Shown: piece after piece, positions 62,301 through 64,000 of the stretch
Numbering within the stretch: position 1 is the first letter of the stretch
Layout of the letters: each line of letters opens with the position of its first letter
Source of the DNA: Actinomycetes bacterium
Lineage (GTDB): Bacteria > Actinomycetota > CALGFH01
Direction: 5' to 3'
NCBI GenBank assembly: GCA_035263405.1
Contig: DATFRI010000055.1
Span: 7,802 to 71,801, forward strand
DNA: 64,000 nucleotides
Notes under the pieces: model-generated
Told to the model about the DNA's origin: nothing
What the model saw: the letters and a program-made list of their open reading frames with translations, nothing else
Databases searched by the model: none
Translations under genes and position numbers: made by a program

Positions 62301-64000
62301 GCGCCGTGCGCCTGGGCCGCGTCCTCCAGCACCGGCAGGCCCGCGTCCGCGGCCAGCCGCAGGATCGCGCCCATGTCGGCGGGCAGCCCGTAGAGGTGGA
62401 CGGGGACGATCGCGGCGGCCCGCGCGGCGCCGCCGAGGGCGCCGGCGAGCGCGGCGGGGTCCATCCCGCCGGTGGCGTCGTCGACGTCGACCAGGCGGGG
62501 TCGCGCGCCCGCGTGGACGATCGCCTCGGCGGTCGCGGCGAACGTGTGCGGGACGGTCAGGACGTCGTCGCCGGGCCCGACGCCGAGCGCGAGCAGCCCG
62601 AGGTGCAGCGCGGCGGTGCCCGAGGCGACCCCGACGGCCCGCGCCGTGCCGCAGAAGCGCGCGAACGCCGCCTCGAACTCGGCGACCTGCGGCCCCATGA
62701 CCAGGTTCGCGCCCGTCAGGACCTCGGCGAGCGCCGCGTCGATCGCCGGCCGCTGCGCCGCGTAGGCCGCGCGCAGGTCGACGAGCGGGACCTGCCGGTC
62801 GACGGGGTCCTCCTCGATCAGCGCCTCCTTTCGGTCGGGGTGCCGCGCGCGTCAGCGCGCGCGGGCGTGCGGGAGCACGTCCACGGGGATGCCGCCCTTG
62901 TCCAGCGACTGCTGCGCGGCCTCCAGCGCGGCCACCACGCGCACGCCGTTCCACGCGTCGGTGCGCGGGCGCGCGCCCGCGCGCACGCACTCCAGGAAGT
63001 GGTCCAGCTCGATCGCCAGCGGCTCGGTCAGGTCCACCCGCGGCACGTGCAGGTCGCCCGAGCGCACGCGGAACTGGTACTCGCCGAACCCGCCCTGCTG
63101 CACCGGCTCGGCGCCCTTGTCGTAGACGCGCAGCTTGGCCTCGGAGTCCAGCTCGTCGTAGACGACCATCCGGCGCGAGCCGACCACGGTCGTGCGGCGC
63201 AGCTTGGAGGGGTCCAGCCAGGACGCGTGCACGTGGGCGAGCACCCCGCCCTCGTACCCGAAGGTCGCGAACACCACGTCCTCGACGTCGGTGTGCAGGT
63301 AGCGCGCCCCGCGCGCCGCGGCCCACAGCGGCGGCGAGCCGACCAGGAAGTTGGCGATGGAGACGTCGTGCGGCGCGATCGACCACAGCGCGTTGATGTC
63401 GCGCTGGATGCGGCCGAGGTTCACGCGCTGGGCGTGCAGGTAGTACAGGTCGCCCAGGTCGCCCTCGCCCAGCAGCGCCCGCATCCTGGCCACCGCCGGG
63501 TTGTACTCGAACGTGTGTCCGACCATCAGCACCCGCCCGGCGGCGGCGGCCTGCTCGGCGCACGCCACCGCGTCGGCGGTCGACAGCGCCAGCGGCTTCT
63601 CCACCAGGACGTGCCGGCCGGCGGCGAGCGCCTGGCGGACCAGGGGGGCGTGCGTGCGCGCGGGGGTCGCGATCACCACCGCGTCCACCGACCCGCCGTC
63701 GAGCAGCTCCCCGGCCCCCGCGACCGTGCGCACCCACGGGTAGCGGTGGGCGACCTCGGCGCGGCGAACGGGGTCGGGGTCGGCGCAGGCGACCCACCCC
63801 TGCCCGAGGCGCAGGTGCAGGTTGCGGGCGAGGTTGGGGCCCCAGTAGCCGTAGCCGAGCAGGCCGACGCGCAGGTCGCCGATCGCGCACCTCCAGCGCC
63901 GGCCGACCGCGGCCGGCGGTCGATCGCGTCCCCCCCGCCGGGCGCACATGCTAGCGGGTCGGCTGGCTACAGTTGCGGCGGACAGCGGTACGCCGGGTGG

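Overview
The window is very GC-rich (roughly 70-75% by eye, not computed), and its gene order looks like a core chromosomal region of an actinobacterium. I see no rRNA, tRNA, CRISPR array, transposase or integrase. Many ORFs in the six-frame track are antisense shadow ORFs with R/A/G/P-rich translations, and I discarded them. I support 54 protein-coding genes, one pseudogene remnant and one doubtful 36-codon ORF.

The supported genes fall into these groups:
- **TCA cycle:** sucC (5'-truncated), sucD, citrate synthase, isocitrate dehydrogenase, mdh, sdhCDAB.
- **Purine and one-carbon metabolism:** purN, purH, folD, metH.
- **Other housekeeping:** trpS, glnE.
- **Mg2+ handling:** an MgtE-N/CBS protein, a DUF1003 protein and corA.
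- **Acyl-CoA carboxylases:** two sets plus birA. One set is accA3-like ... accE - PH-domain gene - accD5-like, next to birA. The other is an accD1-like and accA1-like pair next to an enoyl-CoA hydratase gene.
- **Right end:** an envelope-glycan gene cluster with a Gfo/Idh/MocA oxidoreductase, a DegT aminotransferase, a GT2, a large polytopic membrane protein, a secreted sugar dehydrogenase and a flippase-like protein.

The most unusual items are:
1. A full-length EF-Tu paralogue in which every GTP-binding motif is degenerate. It is paired divergently with an uncharacterised ABC-2 exporter operon, and the pair splits the accD1-like and accA1-like genes.
2. A ~74-nt palindromic intergenic element present twice (4926..4999 and 50748..50820), with a compensatory base-pair change between the copies.
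3. Short tandem repeats that include or abut stop codons at two convergent gene junctions.
4. An orphan protein with seven CxxCxGxG repeats.
5. A 2H-phosphoesterase/Nudix fusion immediately after trpS.
6. A DegT gene with no canonical start codon.
7. A divergent Lsr2-like gene in a pocket of lower GC.

All start codons were chosen by hand from homology onset and Shine-Dalgarno-like (SD) motifs. Several are uncertain by tens of nucleotides.
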